Assembly: GCA_043814605.1 (NCBI GenBank)
Contig: JBDRJV010000028.1
Location: forward strand, 7,790-71,789
Source: Candidatus Omnitrophota bacterium
Lineage (GTDB): Bacteria > Omnitrophota > Gorgyraeia > B26-G9
Length of the DNA stretch: 64,000 nucleotides
Direction of reading: 5' to 3'
Shown here: piece by piece, positions 41,172-54,556 of the stretch
How positions within the stretch are numbered: position 1 is the first letter of the stretch
How the letters are laid out: each line of letters begins with the position of its first letter
The notes under the pieces: generated by a model
Database searches by the model: none
What the model was told of the DNA's origin: nothing
What the model saw: the letters and a program-made list of their open reading frames with translations, nothing else
Translations under genes and position numbers: made by a program

Positions 41172-41471
41172 ATGAAAAACAAAGCGGTTCTAATAAAAGA
41201 TGTTGTGGATGAGTTTTTGAATGAATTTACCCCGGAAAAACTGTCCACACAAACAAAAATAATGCATTATTGGCCGAGTATTATTCCGAAAAATGCATTG
41301 GAGCATACGCACCCTTTATTAATAAAGAATAAAACCCTGGTTGTTTTAGTTTCTAATTCAGCCTGGTTATATAGATTAACATTAGAAAAAGACAGCTTAC
41401 TAAAAAAAATACGAAGCTATACGAAAGAAACAACAATTACAAACATTCGATTTAAAATTAAAAGCAGGTAA
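41172..41471 (+). CDS. DUF721 / DciA-like small protein
   Basis: 99 aa in the position between dnaN and gyrB, where recF would normally be. It resembles the DUF721 family often found there. Confidence 0.45.
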   Translation: MKNKAVLIKDVVDEFLNEFTPEKLSTQTKIMHYWPSIIPKNALEHTHPLLIKNKTLVVLVSNSAWLYRLTLEKDSLLKKIRSYTKETTITNIRFKIKSR

Positions 41472-41496
41472 TGGATTAAATGAAAAATGATTTTAA

Positions 41497-44031
<2,535 letters not shown>

Positions 44032-44108
44032 CTTAAACGCAAAACATAAAGACGAAAAGCAAAAACAAAAAAAGCAAAAAAAAGAAAGATAAAGGAGCGA
44101 TAAAATAA

Positions 44109-46697
44109 ATGTATACGCAAAATGAACGTATCGTGACTGTTCCGATAGAAGAAGAAATGAAAAAATCCTACATTGATTACGCCATGAGCGTAATTGTCGG
44201 CAGGGCTTTACCGGATATCCGTGATGGCTTAAAGCCAGTGCACCGCAGAATTCTTTACGCAATGAAAGAATTAAATCTGGAACACAATAAGCCCTATAAA
44301 AAAAGCGCGAGAATTGTCGGAGAAGTTTTAGGAAAATATCACCCGCACGGCGATACAGCAGTATACGATTCTTTAGTAAGAATGGTGCAGGATTTTGCGC
44401 TGCGTTATCCATTAGTAGACGGGCAGGGGAACTTTGGTTCTATTGACGGCGATGCTGCCGCGGCAATGCGGTACACAGAAGCGCGAATGGCTTCGATAAC
44501 CCGCGAAATGCTTGTGGATATTGAAAAAGACACAGTTGATTTTACGCCTAATTTTGACGAATCACTACAAGAACCAAAAATTTTACCCGCAGCCCTGCCT
44601 GGCCTTCTGATCAATGGTTCCAGCGGAATTGCAGTAGGCATGGCCACAAATATCCCCCCGCATAATTTATCAGAAATTATTGATGCCGTAGTGTTTTTAA
44701 TCGATAACCCGGAAGCGAGCCTAAAAGATTTAATGAAAATGGTTAAGGGCCCGGATTTTCCTACCGGAGGCATTATTTGCGGCCGCGAAGGAATAAAAAA
44801 AGCCTATGAAACCGGACGCTCTCCGATTAAAGTACGGGCAAAAATCAGCATTGAAGCACAGAAAAGCGGCAAAGAATCAATAATCATCAACGAAATACCT
44901 TATCAGGTAAATAAAACCAATATTATCGAAGCGATTGTAAATCTTGTCCAGATAAAAAAAATTGAGGGGATTGCTGATGTCCGCGATGAATCTGATCGCG
45001 ACGGCATGCGGATTGTGATTGAATTAAAAAGAGATACTAATGCCCAAGTAGTTTTGAACCTGCTTTATAAACACACACAGCTTGAGACTACTTTTGGCAT
45101 TATTTTTCTTTCACTGGTTGACAACCGGCCGCGGATTTTATCTTTAAAGCAAATGCTGCAGTATTTTATTGAACACCGGAAAGAAATTATTATGCGCCGG
45201 ACAAAGTTTGAATTGCGCAAAGCACAAGAACGCGCACATATTTTAGAAGGCTTGAAAATATGCTTAGATAATTTAGATAAAGTAATTAAAACTATCCGGC
45301 AGTCAAAAAATACAGCAGAAGCAAAGATTGCCTTAATGGAAAAATTTGAATTGAGCGAAGTACAATCCCAGGCAATTTTAGAAATGCAGCTGCAGAGACT
45401 AACCGCATTAGAAAGAGAAAAAATAGAAAACGAATATTTAGACTTGATAAAAAAGATTGCGTACTTAAAATCAGTTTTAGCAGACCCCAAGAAAGTATTA
45501 GCAATAATCAAGGAAGAACTGCTCGCCTTACAAAAGAAATATGCCGACGAAAGAAGAACCCAGGTTGTTGCGCAAATTGATGAACTGGAAATAGAAGACC
45601 TAATCGCTCAAGAAGACGTGGTAATTACGCTTTCTCATGCCGGGTACATAAAAAGATTGCCCGTAAGCGCCTATCGCAAACAGCGCCGCGGCGGTAAAGG
45701 TGTTTCCGGCGCAGGTATGCGCGAAGAGGATTTTGTGGAGCATTTATTTGTGGCTTCAACACATGACTATCTGCTTGTGTTCACAGATAAAGGAAAAGTT
45801 TTTTGGGTAAAAGCGTATGAAATCCCGCAAGCTGGCCGGCTCTCCAAAGGGAAAGCAATTGTTAATCTTTTACAGTTAAGCTCAGGCGAAAAGATAAGTT
45901 CGCTGGTCCAGGTTAAAGAGTTTGCGGAAGGCCAATTTTTAATCATGGCCACACGCAAAGGACACATAAAGAAAACCGATCTTATGGCGTATAGCCATCC
46001 GCGTAAAGGCGGGATTAGTGCAATTACACTAAAAGAAAAAGACGAATTAATTGATTGTCGTTTAACAGACGGAGAGCAAGAAATCTTTTTGGCTACAAAA
46101 GAGGGAAAAGCCATTCGTTTCCCCGAAGCAAATGTGCGTTGTATGGGCCGCACTGCCGCTGGAGTCAGAGGAATTTCTTTAGCCAAAAAAGATGAAGTTG
46201 TGGGCATGGAAATTGTCAAAAAAGACGGCACCTTACTTACGGTTACAGAAAACGGCTCAGGCAAGAGAACAAAAGTAGAAGAATATCGGGTACAAAATCG
46301 CGGCGGCAAAGGCATTATTAATATTAAAACAACGGCAGCTAACGGTGCGGTAGTGGGGCTAAAGAGCGTTATTGATAGCGACGAGCTCATGCTGATCACT
46401 TCTAGCGGCATGATTGTACGCTGCGCCATAAAAGACATGCGCGCTACTGGCCGGTCCACACAAGGGGTAAGATTGATTCGGCTTAACGCGAAAGATAAGC
46501 TTGTGGCAATAGCCAGCCTTATGGTAAAAGAAGAAGAAGGGGCAGAGGAACAGGTTGTAGAAAAAAATCCAAAATTATCAATAATCCCGGGAGACCAAGA
46601 AGAAAAAGAAGATCAAGAAGATCAAGAAGATCAGGAAGATCAGGAAGAAACAAAAAAAACAAAAACCAAGAGCACAAAAAAAATAAAAAAGAAATAA
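44109..46697 (+). CDS. gyrA: DNA gyrase subunit A (with an acidic/lysine-rich C-terminal tail)
   Basis: Active-site region AMRYTEARM, the GyrA-box region and six beta-pinwheel repeats. The tail has a [12 protein letters not shown] repeat. Confidence 0.9.
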   Translation: MYTQNERIVTVPIEEEMKKSYIDYAMSVIVGRALPDIRDGLKPVHRRILYAMKELNLEHNKPYKKSARIVGEVLGKYHPHGDTAVYDSLVRMVQDFALRYPLVDGQGNFGSIDGDAAAAMRYTEARMASITREMLVDIEKDTVDFTPNFDESLQEPKILPAALPGLLINGSSGIAVGMATNIPPHNLSEIIDAVVFLIDNPEASLKDLMKMVKGPDFPTGGIICGREGIKKAYETGRSPIKVRAKISIEAQKSGKESIIINEIPYQVNKTNIIEAIVNLVQIKKIEGIADVRDESDRDGMRIVIELKRDTNAQVVLNLLYKHTQLETTFGIIFLSLVDNRPRILSLKQMLQYFIEHRKEIIMRRTKFELRKAQERAHILEGLKICLDNLDKVIKTIRQSKNTAEAKIALMEKFELSEVQSQAILEMQLQRLTALEREKIENEYLDLIKKIAYLKSVLADPKKVLAIIKEELLALQKKYADERRTQVVAQIDELEIEDLIAQEDVVITLSHAGYIKRLPVSAYRKQRRGGKGVSGAGMREEDFVEHLFVASTHDYLLVFTDKGKVFWVKAYEIPQAGRLSKGKAIVNLLQLSSGEKISSLVQVKEFAEGQFLIMATRKGHIKKTDLMAYSHPRKGGISAITLKEKDELIDCRLTDGEQEIFLATKEGKAIRFPEANVRCMGRTAAGVRGISLAKKDEVVGMEIVKKDGTLLTVTENGSGKRTKVEEYRVQNRGGKGIINIKTTAANGAVVGLKSVIDSDELMLITSSGMIVRCAIKDMRATGRSTQGVRLIRLNAKDKLVAIASLMVKEEEGAEEQVVEKNPKLSIIPGDQEEKEDQEDQEDQEDQEETKKTKTKSTKKIKKK

Positions 46698-46920
46698 TAA
46701 ACACAAAAATTAATTAAACCTCCGAAAAATAAAACAGGAAAACCCTGAGTAAAGCGACTTTTTTATACTGAACAGAATATTTTTATTTGGCAATTAGTTT
46801 TATATTGCGAAGTCCCAGATAAAAATTAAAAAAGCAACTCCTGAGCACTCATTTTACTAATATTGCCAGGATTAAAAGTCAGCATAAAACCACTTTAATT
46901 AACGCTATTCTTTTCCGATA

Positions 46921-48381
46921 ATGAACAAATTAAACAATTATAAAATTGAACAAATTGATGCACAACGATTCCGCATACCTAAAACATATAAACCTGGCAT
47001 GCAAACTGATGGGATTATTTATGCTGATGAACAACTCATTGATATTGCACTTGAAGACAAAGCCATAGAGCAGCTTGCCAATATTACTTTTCTGCCAGGC
47101 ATTGTAAAAGAAGCTTTAGCCATGCCGGATCTTCATTGGGGATATGGATTCCCCATAGGTGGAGTAGCAGCTACAGATATTGATAAAAGTGGAGTAATTT
47201 CTCCCGGAGGAGTTGGTTTTGATATAAATTGTGGAGTGCGATTACTTAAAACAGGACTTTTTTACGATAATATAAGAACAAAAATTCCGGATTTAATAAA
47301 AGGATTATATCATATTGTGCCTGCAGGGGTTGGATCTGCTGGCCAGATAAAATTAAAGGAAAAACAGCTAAAAACAGTTCTAATTAAAGGAGCAAAGTGG
47401 GCAATTGAGCAAGGTTTTGGCACGCAAGCAGATTTAGAAGCAACAGAAGAACAAGGCTGTTTTAAAGGTGCAGACCCAGAGCAGGTTTCTTCCCAGGCGT
47501 ATAAAAGGGGTAGTAATCAGATTGGTACTTTAGGCTCAGGCAATCATTTTTTAGAAATTCAACTTATTGATACTATATTTGATTTAGAAATTGCGAATAA
47601 TTTACAATTAAGCAAAGGCCAAATAGTTATCATGCTGCATTCTGGGTCTAGAGGCTTTGGGCATCAAGTTTGTACAGATTATGTTAAGGTGATGCATAAT
47701 TGCTTAAGCAAATACGGATTTAATCTGCCGGATCATCAGCTGGCTTGTGCGCCAGTTCATTCAAAAGAAGGACAAGCATATTTTGCAGCAATGAAGTGCG
47801 CAGCAAATTATGCTTGGGCAAACAGGCAGGTTCTGACACAATTAACCCGAGATTTTTTTGAAAAATTTTTTAAAACAGGGCAAAACATTTTAAAAATGGA
47901 TTTAATATATGATGTTGCCCATAATATTGCTAAAATCGAGGATTATTTTATTGATAATGACCTTAAAAAACTTTGCGTGCATCGTAAAGGAGCAACGCGG
48001 GCTTTTGGCCCGGGGCATAAAGATATTCCCGCGGCTTATAAAACAATAGGGCAGCCGGTAATAATCCCTGGGGACATGGGCACTAATTCTTACCTGCTTG
48101 TGGGAACAAAAAAAGCAGAAGCACAAAGCTTTGGCTCAGCTAATCATGGTGCAGGCAGAGTTAAATCAAGATCACAAGCACTCAAAACTTTTAACCCTGA
48201 CATGATTCTTGCCAGCCTTAAGAAAAAAGGCATTGTAGTTTGTGCTGCCGCAAAAAAAACTATTATTGAAGAAGCTCCGCAAGCATACAAAGATATTAAT
48301 TCTGTTGTGGAGGTTATTCATAACGCAGGGATTGCTAAAAAAGTGTGCCGTATGCGACCGTTGGCAGTCATCAAAGGGTAA
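46921..48381 (+). CDS. rtcB: RtcB-family RNA ligase
   Basis: RtcB metal-binding motifs (DINCGV, GSGNHFLEIQ, HSGSRGFGHQ, HNIA, ANHGAGR). Confidence 0.85.
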   Translation: MNKLNNYKIEQIDAQRFRIPKTYKPGMQTDGIIYADEQLIDIALEDKAIEQLANITFLPGIVKEALAMPDLHWGYGFPIGGVAATDIDKSGVISPGGVGFDINCGVRLLKTGLFYDNIRTKIPDLIKGLYHIVPAGVGSAGQIKLKEKQLKTVLIKGAKWAIEQGFGTQADLEATEEQGCFKGADPEQVSSQAYKRGSNQIGTLGSGNHFLEIQLIDTIFDLEIANNLQLSKGQIVIMLHSGSRGFGHQVCTDYVKVMHNCLSKYGFNLPDHQLACAPVHSKEGQAYFAAMKCAANYAWANRQVLTQLTRDFFEKFFKTGQNILKMDLIYDVAHNIAKIEDYFIDNDLKKLCVHRKGATRAFGPGHKDIPAAYKTIGQPVIIPGDMGTNSYLLVGTKKAEAQSFGSANHGAGRVKSRSQALKTFNPDMILASLKKKGIVVCAAAKKTIIEEAPQAYKDINSVVEVIHNAGIAKKVCRMRPLAVIKG

Positions 48382-48470
48382 CATCAAGGAAGTCCTGTAA
48401 GGGCGACCGTTGGCAGTCATCAAAGGGTAACATCAAGGAAGTCCTGTCGTTGGCAGTGATAAAAGGATGA
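48355..48470 (+). repeat. Tandem direct repeat (2 full + 1 degenerate copies of a ~44-49-bp unit) starting 24 nt inside the rtcB 3' end
   Basis: CGACCGTTGGCAGTCATCAAAGGGTAACATCAAGGAAGTCCTGT occurs at 48355-48398 and at 48404-48447. A degenerate partial copy lies at 48448-48470. The first copy encodes the RtcB C-terminus and stop. Confidence 0.85.
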
Positions 48471-48613
48471 CACAGTTTTAGGTGTCAAGTGTTAAGTGTT
48501 AAGAAAATGCAAAGCTTAGGAAAATTTTGCTTGAGTATCTTCGACGCACGTTATAATTTATTAGAAGTAATTACTAAAAATAAAAAAGCAATAGATAGCC
48601 AAAGGGGAAAAAT

Positions 48614-49897
48614 ATGCTAGACATAAAATTAATCCGCGAACAGCCAAATCTTGTAATCAATTCTATACAAAATCGTAATTTAAAAATCGACATTACTCAA
48701 TTACTTGAGCTGGATAAACAATGGCGGCAAATAAATTCAGAAGCAGAACAATTAAAAAACCAAAGAAATACAGCATCTGATGAAATGGCTGTATTAATAA
48801 AACAAAAACAAGATGTTTCTCAGAAAAGAACAGCTTTAAAGATATTATCCCAAAAAACAAAGGAAATGGATCGAATCAGTGGAGAGATAAAGCAGAAAAT
48901 TGACGATTTATTGATCTACATCCCAAATATCCCGCACAAATCAGTTCCTATAGGAAAAGATGCCAGTGCTAATGTTGAAATTAAAGCCTGGGGGCAAATT
49001 AAAAAATTTAGTTTTTCTGCTCAGACACATCTTGAGCTTAGCGAAGAGCTTAATATCATTGACTTTGAAAGAGCGACAAAAGTGACCGGTTCTAATTTTG
49101 TTATGTTCAAAGGGGCAGGGGCCATGCTTGAGAGAGCACTAATAAACTTCATGTTGGGATTACATACGCAAAAACACGGGTTTATTGAGATTTCCCCTCC
49201 ATTTATTGTTAATAGGGCCAGCATGACTGGGACTGGACAGCTGCCAAAGCTTGAGGAGGATATGTATAAAACAACCGAGGATGATTTTTTCCTTATCCCT
49301 ACAGCTGAAGTACCAGTAACAAATATACATAGAGATGAAATTCTGAATGAAACAGATCTGCCTATTTACTATACAGCATATACACCTTGTTTTCGCAGAG
49401 AGGCAGGCTCCTACGGAAAGGATACTCGTGGTTTATTACGAGTTCATCAATTTGATAAAGTGGAATTAGTTAAGTTTGTAAAACCGGAAAGCTCTTATCC
49501 GGAACTTGAATCTTTATTAGCTTGTGCTGAAAAAGTGTTACAATTACTCGAACTGCCTTACCGGGTTTTGTGCTTATCTACGGGAGATATTAGTTTTGCT
49601 GCCGCAAAATGCTATGATATTGAAGTCTGGGCCCCAGGCGTAGAAAAATGGCTGGAAGTTTCCAGTTGCAGTAATTTTGAAGATTTTCAGGCGCGCCGCG
49701 CGAACATTCGTTTTAAAAACATTCAAACCAAAAAAGTTCAGTATGTTCATACTTTGAACGGATCAGGCGTCGCCTTAGCCAGAACAGTAGTTGCAATTAT
49801 AGAAAACTATCAGCAAGAGAGCGGCTCAATCCTTGTCCCGGAGGTTTTGCGTCCGTTCATGAACGGAATGGAAGAAATTGAACCCAGGGAGAAATAA
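48614..49897 (+). CDS. serS: Seryl-tRNA synthetase
   Basis: N-terminal coiled-coil arm. Class II motifs 2 ([25 protein letters not shown]) and 3 ([16 protein letters not shown]). Confidence 0.9.
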   Translation: MLDIKLIREQPNLVINSIQNRNLKIDITQLLELDKQWRQINSEAEQLKNQRNTASDEMAVLIKQKQDVSQKRTALKILSQKTKEMDRISGEIKQKIDDLLIYIPNIPHKSVPIGKDASANVEIKAWGQIKKFSFSAQTHLELSEELNIIDFERATKVTGSNFVMFKGAGAMLERALINFMLGLHTQKHGFIEISPPFIVNRASMTGTGQLPKLEEDMYKTTEDDFFLIPTAEVPVTNIHRDEILNETDLPIYYTAYTPCFRREAGSYGKDTRGLLRVHQFDKVELVKFVKPESSYPELESLLACAEKVLQLLELPYRVLCLSTGDISFAAAKCYDIEVWAPGVEKWLEVSSCSNFEDFQARRANIRFKNIQTKKVQYVHTLNGSGVALARTVVAIIENYQQESGSILVPEVLRPFMNGMEEIEPREK

Positions 49898-50189
49898 AGG
49901 ATAAACCCTGACGGCTCATAGCAAAAACTAAATAGCTCGTAGGTTATAAGCATGGAAAGCATGCTTAGGTTGTGGAAAAAGGTGAGCGGTTGCGATGCCC
50001 CCTCCACAATGCTTGGCGGGCAGGCGTATCGGTTCAAAAAGGCAGCGGTAACGGCTTGAAGCAGCAGAGTCAGAAGTAAAAATCAGATTTAGCTTACGAT
50101 TAAATAAGTCGCAGCTAAAAGATTAATAACTAAACACTACAAGCATGTCTAGGTGTTTGTTGATCGCAAAGAAGGATTTTTAATAATAC

Positions 50190-50879
50190 ATGCTGATTCG
50201 TTTTTTAAAAATGCTAGTCGGAATTATGTTATTGCCTTTTTGTGTGGGGGAAAGCATTGCCTTTTTTTATTTTTTAGGCCAAGTCGAGAATATCCAGTCT
50301 TTCGCGGCTTTAAGCAATACACAAATATTTTTTTTTGCAGGTATTTCTACCTATATTGTTTTATTCTTTTCCGGGCTGAAATTGAAAATTTTGTATATCT
50401 TTGCCCATGAAGCTGCACATGCTGTGTTTACGCTGCTTAGCGGTGGCAAAGTAAAAGCATTCCATGTTTCAAAAAACGGCGGCAGTGTGACAACCACAAA
50501 AACAAATGTTTTTATTAGTCTGGGGCCGTATTTTTTCCCTTTTTATACGCTTCTTGCGGCCGCGGTATTTTTTATCACCGGTATTTTTTATAAAAATATT
50601 TCTCAATACACTAATCATTTTATTTATTTTATTGGGTTAAGCATCGCGTTTCATTTTTTAATGACCGTGCGCACTTTAAAAACCGAGCAGTCTGATGTGG
50701 TGGGAAACGGATATTTATTTTCATTAACGATAATATATCTGGCCAATGTAGCTATTCTTGCGGGGATGCTAAGCCTTGTTTTTCGAGAATTGAGTTTTGT
50801 CGATTTTTTTAACCGATTTGTTTTTCATTCTCAGGAAGTAATTTTATTTATTTGGCGTAAAATACCTCGAGCAGCATAA
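50190..50879 (+). CDS. Peptidase_M50B-like polytopic membrane metalloprotease
   Basis: HExxH inside a TM-rich protein (FAHEAAHAVFTLLSGGKVKAFHVSKNGGSVTT), resembling the M50B signature HELGHA..A.LTGG.V..I.L...G.G.T. Confidence 0.5.
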   Translation: MLIRFLKMLVGIMLLPFCVGESIAFFYFLGQVENIQSFAALSNTQIFFFAGISTYIVLFFSGLKLKILYIFAHEAAHAVFTLLSGGKVKAFHVSKNGGSVTTTKTNVFISLGPYFFPFYTLLAAAVFFITGIFYKNISQYTNHFIYFIGLSIAFHFLMTVRTLKTEQSDVVGNGYLFSLTIIYLANVAILAGMLSLVFRELSFVDFFNRFVFHSQEVILFIWRKIPRAA

Positions 50880-50899
50880 CACGTTATAAATAAAGAAGC

Positions 50900-52297
50900 T
50901 CAAATAACTTTTAAAGGATCAATGCCTAATTCTTCGGGATCAATCACTGCGGCAACAGAATCTCCGGAAACATTTTTTATTCTATCAGAGAGGTTTAAAA
51001 TAATCGGCTCCGAGACAAAATCCCCAGATGCATCTAAAACAATTTTTACTTCCGGTAAAAGCAAGGCTTGCGGGTAGACTTTTTGTACAATCGCAATTTC
51101 TTGCGTTGTGAGCCGCACAAAAGTTCCCGGGGGGTACACTCCGATCATTTGCGCAAAGAGTTTAAAAAACTGCGGGTCAAAATCACAGCCAATACAACGC
51201 ATCATAATCGATAAAACTTTATCCGCAGCCATAGATTTTTTATAGGAACGCTTGCTGGTGATTGCATCATAAACATCACAAATCGTTACAATTAGAGATA
51301 AGGGGTGTAACGCTTCGATCCCTTTAATATTAGGGTATCCGCTTAAGTCATATTTCATATGGTGTTCTAAGGCAATAAAGATTGAGAGCGTATCTGGCTT
51401 GGCTTGTTGTTCAAGTATTTTTACCCCAAAAAGCGGATGACATTTTATAATTTGCCATTCTTCTTCGGTCAACTTTGCCGGCTTATTAATTATTGCCAGC
51501 GGAACTTTTGTTTTCCCGATATCATGTAAAAAGGCTGCCCGGGCTAAATTTTTTAAAATCACAGCATCGTCAATAACATTGGCAGCTAAGGCAACAGAAA
51601 GGATCGCAACATTAGCCGAATGGGTAAAAGTATACTCGTCGTAATTCTGCAAAGAGGTAAATGCTAAAGAAGAAACATTATTTTTAATAACCATATCTGT
51701 AATATTTTGCGAAACCGTATCTACAACATCCATAGGAAGCGTATTGCTTGTTTGCAGAGCAGAATAAATTAATTTATTGGCTTCAATGCTTCCGGCATAA
51801 AGCTTATTAACCGGCAAGATGTTCTCTGCGGAACCTTCGGCTTCAGAACTTTTGCTATTAAAAACTATATTTTTAACGCCGAGCGCCACCAATTCTTCCT
51901 GTAGTGCGGCAGCTTCCTTAGGCAGAGTTTTATCAATGAGCCGCGTAATTGCCTTAAATAAATTTTCTGCAGTAAGCCCGCTGGCAAAATAAATACATTT
52001 TATTTTGCGCAATTCTAAGAGTTGGATAGTTTTTTCACTGAATTGTTTTAGTTCGTATAAAGGGATTCCATCAAACACAAATTGATGTTCAGCAATATCA
52101 ATATAGAGATCATCAACTTTTTCAAACAATTTTTGCAAACCGGCAAAGGTGTGCATTGTTTGTTCCTGCACGCTGGGATGCAGGGCCGGATAAAGGCTGG
52201 CTTCGGTAATTAGGAGAGAGAAGTTTTTCGTGAAGGTTTTAACTAAATTTTTTATAGTTAACTGGTTCATATCACCCTTTTTATTTTTTTTAAGCAA
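50900..52297 (-). CDS. HD-GYP domain protein (putative c-di-GMP phosphodiesterase) with a distinct N-terminal domain
   Basis: HD motif (FLHDIGKTKV) and HH...D...GYPN. The N-terminal ~120 aa are homologous to the N-terminus of the upstream 720-aa protein. Confidence 0.7.
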   Translation of the reverse strand: MLKKNKKGDMNQLTIKNLVKTFTKNFSLLITEASLYPALHPSVQEQTMHTFAGLQKLFEKVDDLYIDIAEHQFVFDGIPLYELKQFSEKTIQLLELRKIKCIYFASGLTAENLFKAITRLIDKTLPKEAAALQEELVALGVKNIVFNSKSSEAEGSAENILPVNKLYAGSIEANKLIYSALQTSNTLPMDVVDTVSQNITDMVIKNNVSSLAFTSLQNYDEYTFTHSANVAILSVALAANVIDDAVILKNLARAAFLHDIGKTKVPLAIINKPAKLTEEEWQIIKCHPLFGVKILEQQAKPDTLSIFIALEHHMKYDLSGYPNIKGIEALHPLSLIVTICDVYDAITSKRSYKKSMAADKVLSIMMRCIGCDFDPQFFKLFAQMIGVYPPGTFVRLTTQEIAIVQKVYPQALLLPEVKIVLDASGDFVSEPIILNLSDRIKNVSGDSVAAVIDPEELGIDPLKVI

Positions 52298-54452
52298 TAT
52301 TTTTTAAACATTTTTTTGCTGTTTCCCGCAATTGTTTTGGCTCGACAGGGAAGAGCAAAAACAGTTTTTTATTTAAAATTTTCCGGGCTGCGCTTTTGGC
52401 AAAAACAGGATCAATTTTTAACAAAGATTCCAGCGCGGCAATGCGGATGCTAATATCGGATACATTTTTCCCTTTGCCCATGCCTTGTGCGATCGGTTCC
52501 AGGGCGGTGCGGACTTGTTTGTAAGGGAAATCACCTAAATATTCAACACTCGCAATCCGTAAAGCCGGCCTTGAATGTTCCAGAAATTCCAGCAAAACAG
52601 CTAAAGCTTTTGCAGACTTTATTTGTGCAATACGTTTTAAAGCCCGCGTGGCAATAATCACATTTTCGTGCCGGGCAATTTCTTTTAAAGGCATTACAAT
52701 TTCGTCATGATCAATGGTTTGAAACAGATCGATAAGGCGCATGATGTTTGCCGGAGATTGCCGGTGGAGATCTTGGTTTAAAACAAAAGCTCCGGCAGCA
52801 TAATTATCACTGATTATTTTTTGTACTGTTTGCGCGAAAGGGATTTTTTCCTCCGCAGTATAAATGTTTACTAAAATACTAATAAAACCTTCTTTAAAAC
52901 AAGCAGCTAATTGATGCAAAAGACTTTCGGCTTTTTGTGCATCCTGTATTTGCAGAACAGATTTAGTAAAGGCATTGATAATTGCCAGAGGGCAGGTTTT
53001 TGTGGATGCGGTGAGAGACTTTTTTCTCTCCGGGTGATCCTGGTTTAAAAGCCCGGTAATAAATTTTAAAACGCTAAAAGTTTGTTCAAAATTTTTATCC
53101 TGCATTAATTTTTGTAAAATTTTTATAAGCTTTTCTGTTGTTTGTTGGAAGAAGGGCGCGTCTTGTTCTTTTTCAAGCACACTTTGCAGGATTATTATAT
53201 AATCAGGTTCAGTGTTAAAATTTTTAATATTTTCTTCTAGCCGGCTTTTATCAAGTTTGACGGTTTTTAAAACATTTAAACCTTCTACTAAATCATTTGT
53301 TTCTGACTCGGAAATAAGCCCCAGCTCCAGCTCGGCATTCTCATCCAAAGAAAATTTAGGGGCCAGGCTTGAACAAACGTCATTTAAAACAGCAGTATTT
53401 TTATTGACATCAGGGATTTGTTTTTGCAGGGCATCTTTTAGCTTAGGGAGAAAATTAACAAAAGCAGTACGGTCGATAAAAAGTTGTTTTAAAATATTTT
53501 TTGTGTGTTCAATGGCTGGCGGAGTACAATTAGCCGCAGCAATTTTATTAGTAATCAGCTGTGCTAATTCTTCAGAGCTTAAACTAGAAGCTAAAAAAGA
53601 AAAAGTGTGTGCATTTTTAATCAAAGGATTTTCCTGATGATCAAAGGCAAGGTCAAAAAGATCGCTTTTGTTAAATGATTTCAGAATATCTTCCGAAATT
53701 GTTTGTGCTTCGTCCTTTTCGGAAAAACCTAAGGCATTAACAGATTTTGCTATTTTATCTAAAATCGCCAACACTGCTTCCCCGGGTAGCGGTTGGTTGT
53801 TGTTTTGAGCCGTACCTTGTGCGGTAAGTTTAATTAAAGCAGAGACTAGCCCTGGATCTTTAAGTAAATCGTAGAGAAAAAGAGCTTGTTCTGAGCTGAT
53901 CTCTTGTTTTATCTTATCCGTAAACTGGGAAAATAGTTTGCTTGCGGCCAATTCTTGCAGTTGTGTTTGGTTAAAAATGCGGTGTTTTTTGGAATAATAT
54001 TCGATAATTTTTATGCCTTGCGCGCCGTTTTGGTTTAATACTGCGCTGGCGCCGCCTTGGGGTATAATACTCTCTGGTGCGCTGTTGAGCACCTCAACCA
54101 GCAAATTTATATCCGTGATGGAAATATCTCGGCTAAAAATAATTTGCCGGATGTAGCGGGCTTGCAGCTGTTCGATAAAATCTTGGATCCCAGGAACTTT
54201 TTCCGGCCCCAGGGCAATATCCTGAACAAATAAATGCCCTTCAAAAATTTTTAGGGTAATTGTATTATATTGTGCAAAAATTTCTTTAAGGTGGGAAAAA
54301 AATTTTTCAACAACCTGTAAAAGCATTTGATGGCCTTTAGGATAGAGGGGAATTGCTTTAAGCATTCCGGTTAAATTTAAAATCAATTGGCTGGCGAGTT
54401 TTATTTGCGCCGGAGAAACTTGATTATCTGAGCCGTTATTTTTTATATGCAT
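52290..54452 (-). CDS. Large hypothetical protein with C-terminal HEAT/armadillo-like repeats
   Basis: 720 aa. The C-terminal region (...ALKRIAQIKSAKALAVLLEFLEHSRPALRIASVEYLGDF...IRIAALESLLKIDP) looks like HEAT repeats. It overlaps the HD-GYP gene by 8 nt, so the two are probably co-transcribed. Confidence 0.45.
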   Translation of the reverse strand: MHIKNNGSDNQVSPAQIKLASQLILNLTGMLKAIPLYPKGHQMLLQVVEKFFSHLKEIFAQYNTITLKIFEGHLFVQDIALGPEKVPGIQDFIEQLQARYIRQIIFSRDISITDINLLVEVLNSAPESIIPQGGASAVLNQNGAQGIKIIEYYSKKHRIFNQTQLQELAASKLFSQFTDKIKQEISSEQALFLYDLLKDPGLVSALIKLTAQGTAQNNNQPLPGEAVLAILDKIAKSVNALGFSEKDEAQTISEDILKSFNKSDLFDLAFDHQENPLIKNAHTFSFLASSLSSEELAQLITNKIAAANCTPPAIEHTKNILKQLFIDRTAFVNFLPKLKDALQKQIPDVNKNTAVLNDVCSSLAPKFSLDENAELELGLISESETNDLVEGLNVLKTVKLDKSRLEENIKNFNTEPDYIIILQSVLEKEQDAPFFQQTTEKLIKILQKLMQDKNFEQTFSVLKFITGLLNQDHPERKKSLTASTKTCPLAIINAFTKSVLQIQDAQKAESLLHQLAACFKEGFISILVNIYTAEEKIPFAQTVQKIISDNYAAGAFVLNQDLHRQSPANIMRLIDLFQTIDHDEIVMPLKEIARHENVIIATRALKRIAQIKSAKALAVLLEFLEHSRPALRIASVEYLGDFPYKQVRTALEPIAQGMGKGKNVSDISIRIAALESLLKIDPVFAKSAARKILNKKLFLLFPVEPKQLRETAKKCLKNIA

Positions 54453-54556
54453 AAAATTCCTCTAAAAAAATATTATAACAAAGTATTAGAAGTTTTTAAA
54501 GAATTGTAATATTTTTAACAGGATGTTAGAAAGCTCAAAAAGGGGGGGCACGGTAA

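Noticed and set aside
48355-48470. Possible CRISPR array
   Set aside because: There are only about 2.5 directly abutting repeat copies with no unique spacers, and the first copy lies within the rtcB coding sequence.
49810-50037. A 75-aa minus-strand ORF over the serS 3' end and the GC-rich block
   Set aside because: It is antisense to serS and spans a probable structured RNA region. It has no start-site support.
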